Shown: positions 54,351 to 62,688 of the stretch, piece after piece
Numbering within the stretch: position 1 is the first letter of the stretch
Layout of the letters: every line of letters begins with the position of its first letter
Source: an uncultured Prolixibacteraceae bacterium
Lineage (GTDB): Bacteria; Bacteroidota; Bacteroidia; Bacteroidales; FEN-979
DNA: 64,000 nucleotides
Direction of reading: 5' to 3'
Assembly (NCBI GenBank): GCA_964616825.1
Contig: CAZTSX010000002.1
Coordinates: 79,811-143,810 of the forward strand
Position numbers and translations under genes: made by a program
The notes under the pieces: generated by a model
What the model was told of the DNA's origin: nothing
Database searches by the model: none
Seen by the model: only the letters and a program-made list of their open reading frames with translations

Positions 54351-54587
54351 ATGAATGTGGACACGTTAATCAAACAGATTGAATACGAGTTTGATGACCT
54401 GAAATCCGGAATTCTCAAGCCAGACAGTCAGTTCAGGGAGATAGTTGAGTGGAGTTCAATCAATGCGTTGATCCTGATTGCCATGGTGAAGACAGAATAT
54501 GATGTAACGATGACAGCAGATGATTTGATCAATTCAAAAACCGTGCAGGATATCTACTCCTTAATTGAGAGTTATGAAGGCAAATAG
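54351..54587 (+). CDS. acyl carrier protein-like
   Basis: 78 aa, acidic, helix-bundle size. Candidate phosphopantetheine serine in EIVEWSSINALILIAMV (position of the DSL motif). Its stop abuts the KAS III ATG. Confidence 0.6.
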   Translation: MNVDTLIKQIEYEFDDLKSGILKPDSQFREIVEWSSINALILIAMVKTEYDVTMTADDLINSKTVQDIYSLIESYEGK

Positions 54588-55649
54588 ATGGCTTTTCTGA
54601 CTATACCCAACATCCGGCTTGCCGGATTGGCAGCCATCGTTCCCAAACGCAGGGAACACAATTCCGATTATTCCTGGATCTCAAAGAAAGAGCGTGAATC
54701 TATCATTAAAAAGATCGGTGTGGAGACACGCCGGATAGCTGATAAAGGGATTACGACAGCCGATCTTTGTGTTGGGGCGACGGAAAAGCTATTGCATGAC
54801 CTGAAATGGAAGAGGAGTGAAATCGAACTGCTGGTGTTTGTCTCTCAGTCCCACGATTACCTTGTACCTACCACTGCATGTATCATCCAGGACCGGCTTG
54901 ATTTGCCGACATCCTGTGTTGCATTCGATATAGGAATGGGTTGTTCCGGATTTTTGTACGGACTCTCCTCTGTGGGGAGCATGATGCAGTCGGGATCGAT
55001 CAAAAAAGCGCTGTTGATGGCCGGAGATATCTCTACCCTCACAACCACTTACCGCGACAAAAGTACCTACCCGCTCTTTGGCGATGGGGGGTCCGTCACC
55101 GCACTCGAATACGATACAATGGCTTCTGCTATGGAGTTCAACTTACAGACAGATGGGGCCGGATATAAAGCATTGATCATTCAGGATGGAGGAGCGAGAA
55201 ATGTCATGTCCAGAAAATCGTTCGATATCAAAAAAATCTCCAAAGGCATCCATCGATCAAGACTGCATCTGGAACTGGATGGCATTGAAGTCTTTAACTT
55301 CAGCTTGCGGGAGGTTGTTCCAAATGTAAAAAGGTTGTTGAAACATACTGGCACGACAATGGATGACATCGATTATCTTGTTTTCCACCAGGCAAACCGG
55401 TTGATCAACGAAACCCTGCGAAAGATGCTGAAGGTGGATCCAGCAAAGGTGCCTTATTCTCTCAGGGAGTATGGAAATACCAGTAGTGCTTCGATCCCTC
55501 TGACCATGGTCACTCAACTGAGAGATCAACTGACAACAAAGAAAGTGAAGTTGTTGCTGTCAGCTTTTGGTGTCGGTCTTTCCTGGGGCTCCGTTCTGCT
55601 TGAAACCGGCTCCATCGTTTGCCCGAAAGTTTTGAACTTTGAATCTTGA
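54588..55649 (+). CDS. 3-oxoacyl-ACP synthase III (FabH-like KAS III) family
   Basis: Catalytic Cys MGCSGFLYGL, His VFHQANRLINE, Asn YGNTSSASIPL. Confidence 0.88.
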   Translation: MAFLTIPNIRLAGLAAIVPKRREHNSDYSWISKKERESIIKKIGVETRRIADKGITTADLCVGATEKLLHDLKWKRSEIELLVFVSQSHDYLVPTTACIIQDRLDLPTSCVAFDIGMGCSGFLYGLSSVGSMMQSGSIKKALLMAGDISTLTTTYRDKSTYPLFGDGGSVTALEYDTMASAMEFNLQTDGAGYKALIIQDGGARNVMSRKSFDIKKISKGIHRSRLHLELDGIEVFNFSLREVVPNVKRLLKHTGTTMDDIDYLVFHQANRLINETLRKMLKVDPAKVPYSLREYGNTSSASIPLTMVTQLRDQLTTKKVKLLLSAFGVGLSWGSVLLETGSIVCPKVLNFES

Positions 55650-56392
55650 ATCCTATGAATACTTCATTCACATTGACCAATAAAACCATCCTCATCACCG
55701 GCGCTTCAAGTGGTATAGGCAAACAAGCTGCCATCCTGATCAGCCGGGAAGGCGGATCGGTATGGATCACCGGCCGGAATGAAAAGCGGCTGAATGAGGC
55801 ATTTTCGTTACTGGCTGCGGGAGATCACCACATGAAGGTGGCCGATCTCACAGTGGAAAAGGAGATGGATGGACTGATATTCGACCTTCCGAAACTGAAT
55901 GGAATTGTTCATTGTGCCGGTATCGTAGATCCGCTTCCTGCAAAGTTCATTATGCAGGAACATATCGACCGGATATATTCCATCAACTACCAGGTACCTG
56001 TTAATCTGACCAGCAAACTCCTTCGCAAGAAAAAAGTGCTGGACACTGCTTCAATATTGTTTATGTCAACCATTGCGACAAAAAATCCCTATTTTGGCGG
56101 CGCTCTCTACAGCGGATCGAAAGCCGCTCTGGAAGCTTATTCCAAAACACTTTCACTGGAACTCGCAGGAAAGAAGATTCGCTCCAACTGCCTGATGGCA
56201 GGCCTCGTAGACACGCCGATGATCATCAGCCCCGATGAAGATAATATGAAAGAGGAAGCACTGGAGAGGTATTTACAACGTTATCCTTTGGGTATAGGAG
56301 AACCGGAAGATGTCGCAGGCGCCATCCTCTATTTCCTCTCCGACGCTTCGAAATGGATTTCCGGAACCACATTAATATTGGGAGGAGAATAA
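55646..56392 (+). CDS. SDR family oxidoreductase (FabG-like ketoreductase)
   Basis: ITGASSGIGKQAA, YSGSKAALEAY (YxxxK). 4-nt overlap with the KAS III gene. Confidence 0.85.
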   Translation: MNPMNTSFTLTNKTILITGASSGIGKQAAILISREGGSVWITGRNEKRLNEAFSLLAAGDHHMKVADLTVEKEMDGLIFDLPKLNGIVHCAGIVDPLPAKFIMQEHIDRIYSINYQVPVNLTSKLLRKKKVLDTASILFMSTIATKNPYFGGALYSGSKAALEAYSKTLSLELAGKKIRSNCLMAGLVDTPMIISPDEDNMKEEALERYLQRYPLGIGEPEDVAGAILYFLSDASKWISGTTLILGGE

Positions 56393-56404
56393 TAAGAAAA
56401 CCCA

Positions 56405-57124
56405 ATGACCAAATCCCCCATATACTCCATCGTCGTTCCGGTTTTTAACAGTGAGAAATCCCTGCAAGAATTATTTTCCGGCATCCGGGATCTCTTTGCC
56501 ACCATAAACCAGAAATTCGAGGTCATTTTTGTTGACGATGGATCGGAAGACCAAAGCTGGCAGGTTTTAGAGGAATTGAAGGCTGCCTTTCCCCATTGGA
56601 TTACCGCCATCAGGCTTACAAAGAATTTTGGTCAGCATAATGCAACATTCTGTGGTTTCAAGTTCGCGAAAGGAGAAAAGATCATTACCATCGATGATGA
56701 TCTGCAGATCCCTCCTGCAGAGATCATCAAACTAATTGAAACCGGGATAAAAACAAACCATGACCTTGTTTACGGCTATTTTAGAAAAAAAGAACATTCA
56801 ACACTCAGAAATACAGGAAGCAAGGCTGTGAAAAAAGCATCCCGGATGTTCCGTGGAACAGCCGGAGAAGGCTCCTCCTTCCGTTTAGTAAGTCGTGACC
56901 TTGTTGACAAGATACTATCGCATAACACCTATTTCGTATTTATCGACGAGATTCTGCAATCCCATACAGGGAAGATCACTTTTGTGGAAGTCAGGCACCT
57001 TCCCAGGAAATATAAAACATCGAATTATTCCTTCGGAGAACTATTCAGGATGGTCGGCAAGAGCCTGATCTTTCATTCAATCCAGCATAACAAACCGCTT
57101 TTTTCCATCAAAAAGATGATCTGA
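56405..57124 (+). CDS. GT2 polyprenyl-phosphate glycosyltransferase, ArnC/GtrB-like (no C-terminal TM)
   Basis: YSIVVPVFNSEKSL, VDDGSEDQS, RLTKNFGQHNATFCGF, DDDLQIPPAEIIKL. Confidence 0.85.
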   Translation: MTKSPIYSIVVPVFNSEKSLQELFSGIRDLFATINQKFEVIFVDDGSEDQSWQVLEELKAAFPHWITAIRLTKNFGQHNATFCGFKFAKGEKIITIDDDLQIPPAEIIKLIETGIKTNHDLVYGYFRKKEHSTLRNTGSKAVKKASRMFRGTAGEGSSFRLVSRDLVDKILSHNTYFVFIDEILQSHTGKITFVEVRHLPRKYKTSNYSFGELFRMVGKSLIFHSIQHNKPLFSIKKMI

Positions 57125-57133
57125 GAAAACGTT

Positions 57134-57814
57134 ATGAAACTTTCAAAATACGGGATCGACCTCATTCTCCTCAAAGAAGAAGATATCGAACTGGTTCGGC
57201 AATGGAGAAATTCTCCACAGATTGTGAAACGATATGAATACCGGGAATACATTACCCCTGAGATGCAGAAAGAGTGGTTCAAATCGATCTCCAATCTCAA
57301 CAATTTTTACTTTGTCATCATTTACCAGGATGAGAAAATCGGTGTGATAAATGTGAAGAATATCGACTGGAAAAACAAAACACTCGAATCAGGTATCTTC
57401 ATCGCCGACGAAAAGTGGTGGAATACATTTGTCCCCTCCATTGTTTCCATCATACTTACGGAAATGTTCTTTACCATCTTTGGCTGGGATTATTACTCTG
57501 CTCATATCCTGAAAACCAATCTGCAAGCCATCCAATATAACAAGAACCTGGGGTATGAGCTTTGTGAAGGACAGGAAGATGTGGAGAACCAGCTTTACAT
57601 CATCCGTAGAGAGGTGTTTGAGGAGAAGTCAAAAAAGTTGATCAGGGCGTTAAAGGTGATTGCTGATGGAGATACCTCTGCAGTTTTACAGCTTGAACCG
57701 GAAGACCTTGGAACTGAGCTGGAACTGTTCGTGGAAGATAACCGTCCAAACATCCCCTGGATCACAAAGATTGAGGAGAACGCCCAGGGCCGGTTTTATT
57801 ACCTGAGCGAGTAA
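57134..57814 (+). CDS. GNAT family N-acyltransferase (PseH-like N-terminal domain plus extension)
   Basis: LILLKEEDIELVRQWRNSPQIVKRYEYREYITPEMQKEWFKSI...KIGVINVKNIDWKNKTLESGIFI. Confidence 0.7.
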   Translation: MKLSKYGIDLILLKEEDIELVRQWRNSPQIVKRYEYREYITPEMQKEWFKSISNLNNFYFVIIYQDEKIGVINVKNIDWKNKTLESGIFIADEKWWNTFVPSIVSIILTEMFFTIFGWDYYSAHILKTNLQAIQYNKNLGYELCEGQEDVENQLYIIRREVFEEKSKKLIRALKVIADGDTSAVLQLEPEDLGTELELFVEDNRPNIPWITKIEENAQGRFYYLSE

Positions 57815-57888
57815 TTTTTCCCAAATACACTTAGGATATCCTGAAAAATGATTCTAATTTCGCACAGAAATAGTTAATAACTCTTTAA

Positions 57889-57928
57889 CTCACCAGTTCA
57901 CCAATTCACCAGTTCACCATCTCCCCAA
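57889..57928 (+). repeat. octamer array, YTCACCAN family (5 units)
   Basis: CTCACCAG TTCACCAA TTCACCAG TTCACCAT CTCCCCAA. Ends 5 nt before ATG 57934. Confidence 0.9.
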
Positions 57929-57933
57929 TTCGA

Positions 57934-59073
57934 ATGAACATCCCTTTTAACAAACCCTATATCCCCATCTCCTCACTGAAGTACCAGATACTGGCGGCAT
58001 TATCGGGTACGATTGCAGGGAATGGAAAATATACCCGGTTGTGCCATCGATTTTTTGAAGAGCAGTTCGGTTTCCCGAAAGTGTTGCTGACAACATCCTG
58101 CACAGATGCTCTTGAGATGGCTGCTATCCTGTGTGATATTCAAACCGGGGATGAGGTGATTCTCCCCTCCTTTACATTTATGTCAGCGGCAAATGCTTTT
58201 CTGCTTCGTGGAGCAAACATGGTATTTGCCGATACCCTGGAGGATGTTCCTAATATCGATCCCACTCAGATCGAACAACTCATTACTCCCAAAACCAGAG
58301 TTATCGTTGTGGCCCATTACAGCGGTTTGGCTTGTGGAATGGACCGGATCATGGCGCTGGCAAAGCAGCATAACCTGCTGGTTGTTGAAGACGCTGCACA
58401 TGCGGTTCAATCCTATTACAAAGATGAACCGCTTGGGTCGATCGGACATCTGGGTGCCTTTTCCTTTCACGAAACGAAAAACATCATCTCAGGAGAAGGA
58501 GGGATGTTGGCTGTTAACCATGAGCCTTTCCTGGATCGGGCTGAGATCATTTGGGAGAAGGGAACCAACCGTGCGGCATTTCACCGCAGTGAGGCAGACA
58601 AATACGAATGGGTCGATATCGGCTCCTCATTTCTCCCTTCCGATACGATAGCCGCTTTGCTCTATACTCAGATCAAACGATTCCGGAAGATCCAGCGCCG
58701 GCGAAAATGGATCTGGTGGGAGTATCACGAACAACTTGCTCCGCTTGAAGAGAGAGGTTCTCTAAAACGACCGGTGATCCCTGAGCATGCCACGGTAAAC
58801 GGGAATATGTTTTTCATCACACTTCCCGATCGCTCACAACGTGATGCCATGCTCGATCACCTTAAGAAAGCAGGAATTCACGCTCTCTTTCACTATTTCC
58901 CACTGCATACAAGTCCCTATTTCAAAGACAAATATGATGGCCCGGAGTTACCGAACACACAACGCTTCTCAGATACCATCCTCAGGCTTCCATTTTATCA
59001 CAGCCTGAAGAAGAGGGAGATCGAATATATCGTAAAAAAAGTCAGCGGTTTCTTCAACCCCCAAACCCCCTGA
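57934..59073 (+). CDS. DegT/DnrJ/EryC1-family sugar aminotransferase, WecE-like (dTDP-4-keto-6-deoxyhexose 4-aminotransferase type)
   Basis: MNIPFNKPYI, LLTTSCTDALEMAA, PSFTFMSAANAF, PLP-lysine context SFHETKNIISGEGG. Confidence 0.88.
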   Translation: MNIPFNKPYIPISSLKYQILAALSGTIAGNGKYTRLCHRFFEEQFGFPKVLLTTSCTDALEMAAILCDIQTGDEVILPSFTFMSAANAFLLRGANMVFADTLEDVPNIDPTQIEQLITPKTRVIVVAHYSGLACGMDRIMALAKQHNLLVVEDAAHAVQSYYKDEPLGSIGHLGAFSFHETKNIISGEGGMLAVNHEPFLDRAEIIWEKGTNRAAFHRSEADKYEWVDIGSSFLPSDTIAALLYTQIKRFRKIQRRRKWIWWEYHEQLAPLEERGSLKRPVIPEHATVNGNMFFITLPDRSQRDAMLDHLKKAGIHALFHYFPLHTSPYFKDKYDGPELPNTQRFSDTILRLPFYHSLKKREIEYIVKKVSGFFNPQTP

Positions 59074-59171
59074 AGGAGTGTACCCCTAAATCCCCTGAAG
59101 GGGGACTTAATCCACTCCGTGGGATAATCCTCCTGAAAGGAGGAGTAAGCCCCCTTTAGGGGGTTTGGGGG
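59058..59171. repeat. GC-rich multi-hairpin REP-like element
   Basis: Outer 13-bp stem CCCCCAAACCCCC (59058-59070) / GGGGGTTTGGGGG (59159-59171). Inner hairpins CCCC-TGAA-GGGG, TCCTCC-TGAAA-GGAGGA and CCCCC-TTTA-GGGGG. The 22-nt core at 59083-59104 is shared with 37318-37339. Confidence 0.85.
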
Positions 59172-59180
59172 TGAGGTGGG

Positions 59181-62100
59181 TCATTTCCGCCACACCGGTA
59201 ACCTGCCCGGCGTCACCGGAGCCCCGATAGCTTCAGCCGCGGCCTCCAGCTTTGGCAGCTCTACTTCACCGATCTCTTTGATCCGGTCATATACCGGAGG
59301 GAATTCGACTTCCAGAATTGAGTAAGCATCCTTTTGTGTCTGCGTTGGATCTCCTGTGGTTCCCCACGAAGCCCAGGTTATTTTACCCAATCGGTTGTTC
59401 AACGGAACCGGTGCAGGCGGATTCTCTTCTCTACTGGGTTTGTTTGTACGACGGTTGAACTTCACATTGAGGATCTCATCCAGCTCGTGTTGTATTTTAT
59501 GGGCATCACCAATTAGTTTCGGTGAAGCGCCAGGTGTATTGTGAAGCGCATGAAGGATAGCCGTAACTCGCTTTTTCAATACTTCAGCATAGGATTCTGT
59601 TCCTCTCATCACTCGCGAGATTTCTCCAACCTGCTTGTGAAAAGCCACCATCGCGGCGCGATCAGCAGAAGGTAGTGTTGTGTTTTCCAATGGCACGACA
59701 TTGAACTCAACCGGTCCTGCGAGATGTGTTGTCTCTCCGCCCGATGTGATCGACAGAGAGACCGCATAGGTCCCGGGCATGGCCAGCACACCACTCCCAT
59801 TGTCTTTCGTGGGATTATATTTGCTGTTATCCCGTACCGGCCTTGTAGATTGATACCTCAGATTCCAGCTGGTGCGGCTGATCCCTTTTTTTGCTGATTT
59901 CCGGATCGTCCTGACTGGATTTCCGTCTGCATCTGTGATAGTGAAGGTTAGATAAGGTTTAACCTCGTTTTTCTCCTCGCGCATCTCTGCTTCAGAGAGC
60001 TGTGGGATCGGTTCACCTTTTTTAAATAGCTTCTTCTCACTCTCTTTCCGAACCTGTTTTTTGGTTTTTGGGACTTCCTTTACATAATACGTGAAGATGG
60101 CTCCGAAATCAGGATTTTTGGCAACATAAACAGTAGATCCCTGTCCGTATTTTCCACGTGTTGCATGATACATCAAAGCATCTTTTACAGGAAAGATATA
60201 TCCTGCCGAGTCAAGCATCTCTTTATTCAGGTCTCGTAAGGGTGAGTAGTCATCCAGGATGTAAAATCCACGTCCGAAAGTAGCCAGCACCAGGTCGCTT
60301 TCCCGTTGCTGGATAGCGACATCTTTTACCGAAATCGTTGGGATCCCCGACTTCAGCCGGATCCAGTTGTTGCCACCGTCAACAGTAAAGAAAACGCCAA
60401 ACTCGGTTCCTGCAAAAAGCAGATCGGGATTGATAAAATCTTCCTGAATGGAGTGGATGGTGTGATTTTCCGGGAGGTTTCCGGCGATAGAGGTCCAGGT
60501 TTTTCCGTTGTCTGTGCTTTTTAAGATGTAGGGTTTGAAGTCATCACGAAGGATGTTATCAAAAGAGGCATAGACCACATTCTTATCAAATTTGGAGGCA
60601 AGGATATCACTCACATATGTGTATTCAGGGATCCCGGGGAGCTCTTCGATTTTGGTCCAGTTTTTCCCTGCATCTTCCGTTACCTGGATCAGCCCGTCAT
60701 CTGTTCCTACATATAGGAGATTCTCTTTCACCTGGGATTCGTCGAGGCAGACAATCTCCCCATACAAAGAGGTTGAAACATCTTTTCTTACGGCATCCGA
60801 ACTCCAGAATTTATCCATCACCGGCCAGGTGTTCCGGTCGATCTGAGCAGTCAGGTCATCGCTGATCACCTCCCAGTTGTTTCCGCGATCGTCACTGCGA
60901 AAGACTTTGTTGGCAGCGCAGTAGAGGCGGGTGTGGGAATGGGGGCTGATTATCAAAGGCGTATTCCAGTTCCATTTGTAACTATCCTCTCCCTGCCGGG
61001 GCTCCGGACGGATATCAATCGCCTCCTTACTCTTCCGGTCATACCGGGCCATGTGTCCATATTGGGATTCGGAATAAACAATATTTGGATCTACAGGATC
61101 GATCTGCGACCAGAAACCATCACCGCCTTTGGTGACAAACCAGTCGGAGCTCAATACCCCTACACGGCTGGTATTCCGGGAAGGTCCTCCCATGCTGGCA
61201 TTGTCCTGGGTGCCGCCATAAACATAATAGAAAGGTTCGGAATTATCAACCTGTACCCGATAAAACTGGGTGACGGGAAGATTGGATTTAAACATATAGT
61301 TGGCTCCTCCATCAAAGGTCTCATAAATTCCTCCGTCTCCACCGATAAGAAAGTGATCGGTATCGTCTGGATCGACCCAGAATGCATGGTCATCAACATG
61401 ACGACTTTTGTTACTTATCCGCTTCCATGTTTTTCCGCCATCTTCTGTAAAATGAGAGATCGTTTCAACAGAATAAACCTTATCCACATCCTTCGGATCG
61501 CAGAAGATCTCACTGTAATATTGTGCTGATGAGTGGTGATCGCTCATCTTTTCCCAGGAAGCGCCCCTGTCGGTACTACGGAAGAAACCACCGGCATCTT
61601 CAGCCGCTTCAATGATCACATAAAGCACATCGGGATCAACAGGTGAAATCGCAAGTCCCATGCCTCCCTTATGTGCGGAAGGAATCCCCTTCTTAAGTTT
61701 TTTCCAGTTCTCTCCGGCATCGTTCGACTTATAAATGGCCGATTCCGGTCCGCCACCGATCTTGGTATGTACATGCCGGCGGCGTTGCTCTGCCGTGGCA
61801 TAGAGAACATCCGGATTACGTGGATCCATAACGATGCTGTTGATCCCGGTGTGTTCACTCACCTCCAATACCTTATTCCAGGTTTTCCCTCCATCGGTGG
61901 TTTTGTATAATCCACGATCGCCACCCGGTCCCCACACCGAACCCTCTGCAGCCACATAGACAATATCTGAATTCCGTGGATCGATGGCAATCATCCCGAT
62001 TTGCCTCGACTCTTTCAATCCCATATTCTTCCAGCTCTTACCTCCGTCAATCGATTTGTACACTCCATCGCCATAGCCCAGCGCCCGCTGGTGGTTGTTC

Positions 62101-62486
62101 TCTCCGGTCCCGGCCCAAACAATATTGGTATTGCCTGGATCGATCGTTACACAGCCGATTGCGTAAGCACCGTAGTTGTCGAATATGGGTTTGAAGGTGG
62201 TCCCGTTATTGACGGTCTTCCATATATTTCCGGAAGCCACGGCTACATACCATTCACTGTGATTTTCAGGATTCACGGCAAAGTCGGAAATCCGGCCCGA
62301 AGCATAGGCAGGCCCGATACTTCTCCATTTTAATCCGCTTACCAAGCCGGAGTTCATCACCGAATCTTTCCTGATCTCTTTGTTGTCTTCTTTTCCTTTT
62401 TTCTTCTCTTTCCCCTGGGAGAAAGCCGGCATATTTAATCCCATGAAGATTAAACAGGTCAAGATTAGTAACATCGTTTTTTTCAT
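59181..62486 (-). CDS. BNR/Asp-box repeat double beta-propeller protein (sortilin/VPS10- or GH74-like)
   Basis: Signal peptide. At least 7 Asp-box motifs (SIDGGKSW, TTDGGKTW, STDRGASW, TEDGGKTW, TEDAGKNW, STDNGKTW, TVDGGNNW). 1101 aa. Confidence 0.85.
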   Translation of the reverse strand: MKKTMLLILTCLIFMGLNMPAFSQGKEKKKGKEDNKEIRKDSVMNSGLVSGLKWRSIGPAYASGRISDFAVNPENHSEWYVAVASGNIWKTVNNGTTFKPIFDNYGAYAIGCVTIDPGNTNIVWAGTGENNHQRALGYGDGVYKSIDGGKSWKNMGLKESRQIGMIAIDPRNSDIVYVAAEGSVWGPGGDRGLYKTTDGGKTWNKVLEVSEHTGINSIVMDPRNPDVLYATAEQRRRHVHTKIGGGPESAIYKSNDAGENWKKLKKGIPSAHKGGMGLAISPVDPDVLYVIIEAAEDAGGFFRSTDRGASWEKMSDHHSSAQYYSEIFCDPKDVDKVYSVETISHFTEDGGKTWKRISNKSRHVDDHAFWVDPDDTDHFLIGGDGGIYETFDGGANYMFKSNLPVTQFYRVQVDNSEPFYYVYGGTQDNASMGGPSRNTSRVGVLSSDWFVTKGGDGFWSQIDPVDPNIVYSESQYGHMARYDRKSKEAIDIRPEPRQGEDSYKWNWNTPLIISPHSHTRLYCAANKVFRSDDRGNNWEVISDDLTAQIDRNTWPVMDKFWSSDAVRKDVSTSLYGEIVCLDESQVKENLLYVGTDDGLIQVTEDAGKNWTKIEELPGIPEYTYVSDILASKFDKNVVYASFDNILRDDFKPYILKSTDNGKTWTSIAGNLPENHTIHSIQEDFINPDLLFAGTEFGVFFTVDGGNNWIRLKSGIPTISVKDVAIQQRESDLVLATFGRGFYILDDYSPLRDLNKEMLDSAGYIFPVKDALMYHATRGKYGQGSTVYVAKNPDFGAIFTYYVKEVPKTKKQVRKESEKKLFKKGEPIPQLSEAEMREEKNEVKPYLTFTITDADGNPVRTIRKSAKKGISRTSWNLRYQSTRPVRDNSKYNPTKDNGSGVLAMPGTYAVSLSITSGGETTHLAGPVEFNVVPLENTTLPSADRAAMVAFHKQVGEISRVMRGTESYAEVLKKRVTAILHALHNTPGASPKLIGDAHKIQHELDEILNVKFNRRTNKPSREENPPAPVPLNNRLGKITWASWGTTGDPTQTQKDAYSILEVEFPPVYDRIKEIGEVELPKLEAAAEAIGAPVTPGRLPVWRK

Positions 62487-62510
62487 CTTGTATAATATTA
62501 ATAATCCATT

Positions 62511-62688
62511 GGATTCTAACTTCTAATCACGAAGCTCTAAATTCTAAACAATGTCAAAATGTAAATATCAAATGTTCAAAACTTAGTTCTTTTTTGGATT
62601 TTGTGCTTTGATTATTTGGATTTGTTTCGGATTTAGATATTAGAATTTAGGATTTAGAACTTAGATTTTAGAGCTTCGTGCTTAGAAT
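62511..62688. repeat. long imperfect palindrome built from opposed heptamer arrays
   Basis: Left array ATTCTAA CTTCTAA TCACGAA GCTCTAA ATTCTAA (62513-62547). Right array of NNTTAGA units (62629-62688). The 14-nt core CACGAAGCTCTAAA (62528-62541) is the exact reverse complement of 62666-62679. Confidence 0.8.
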
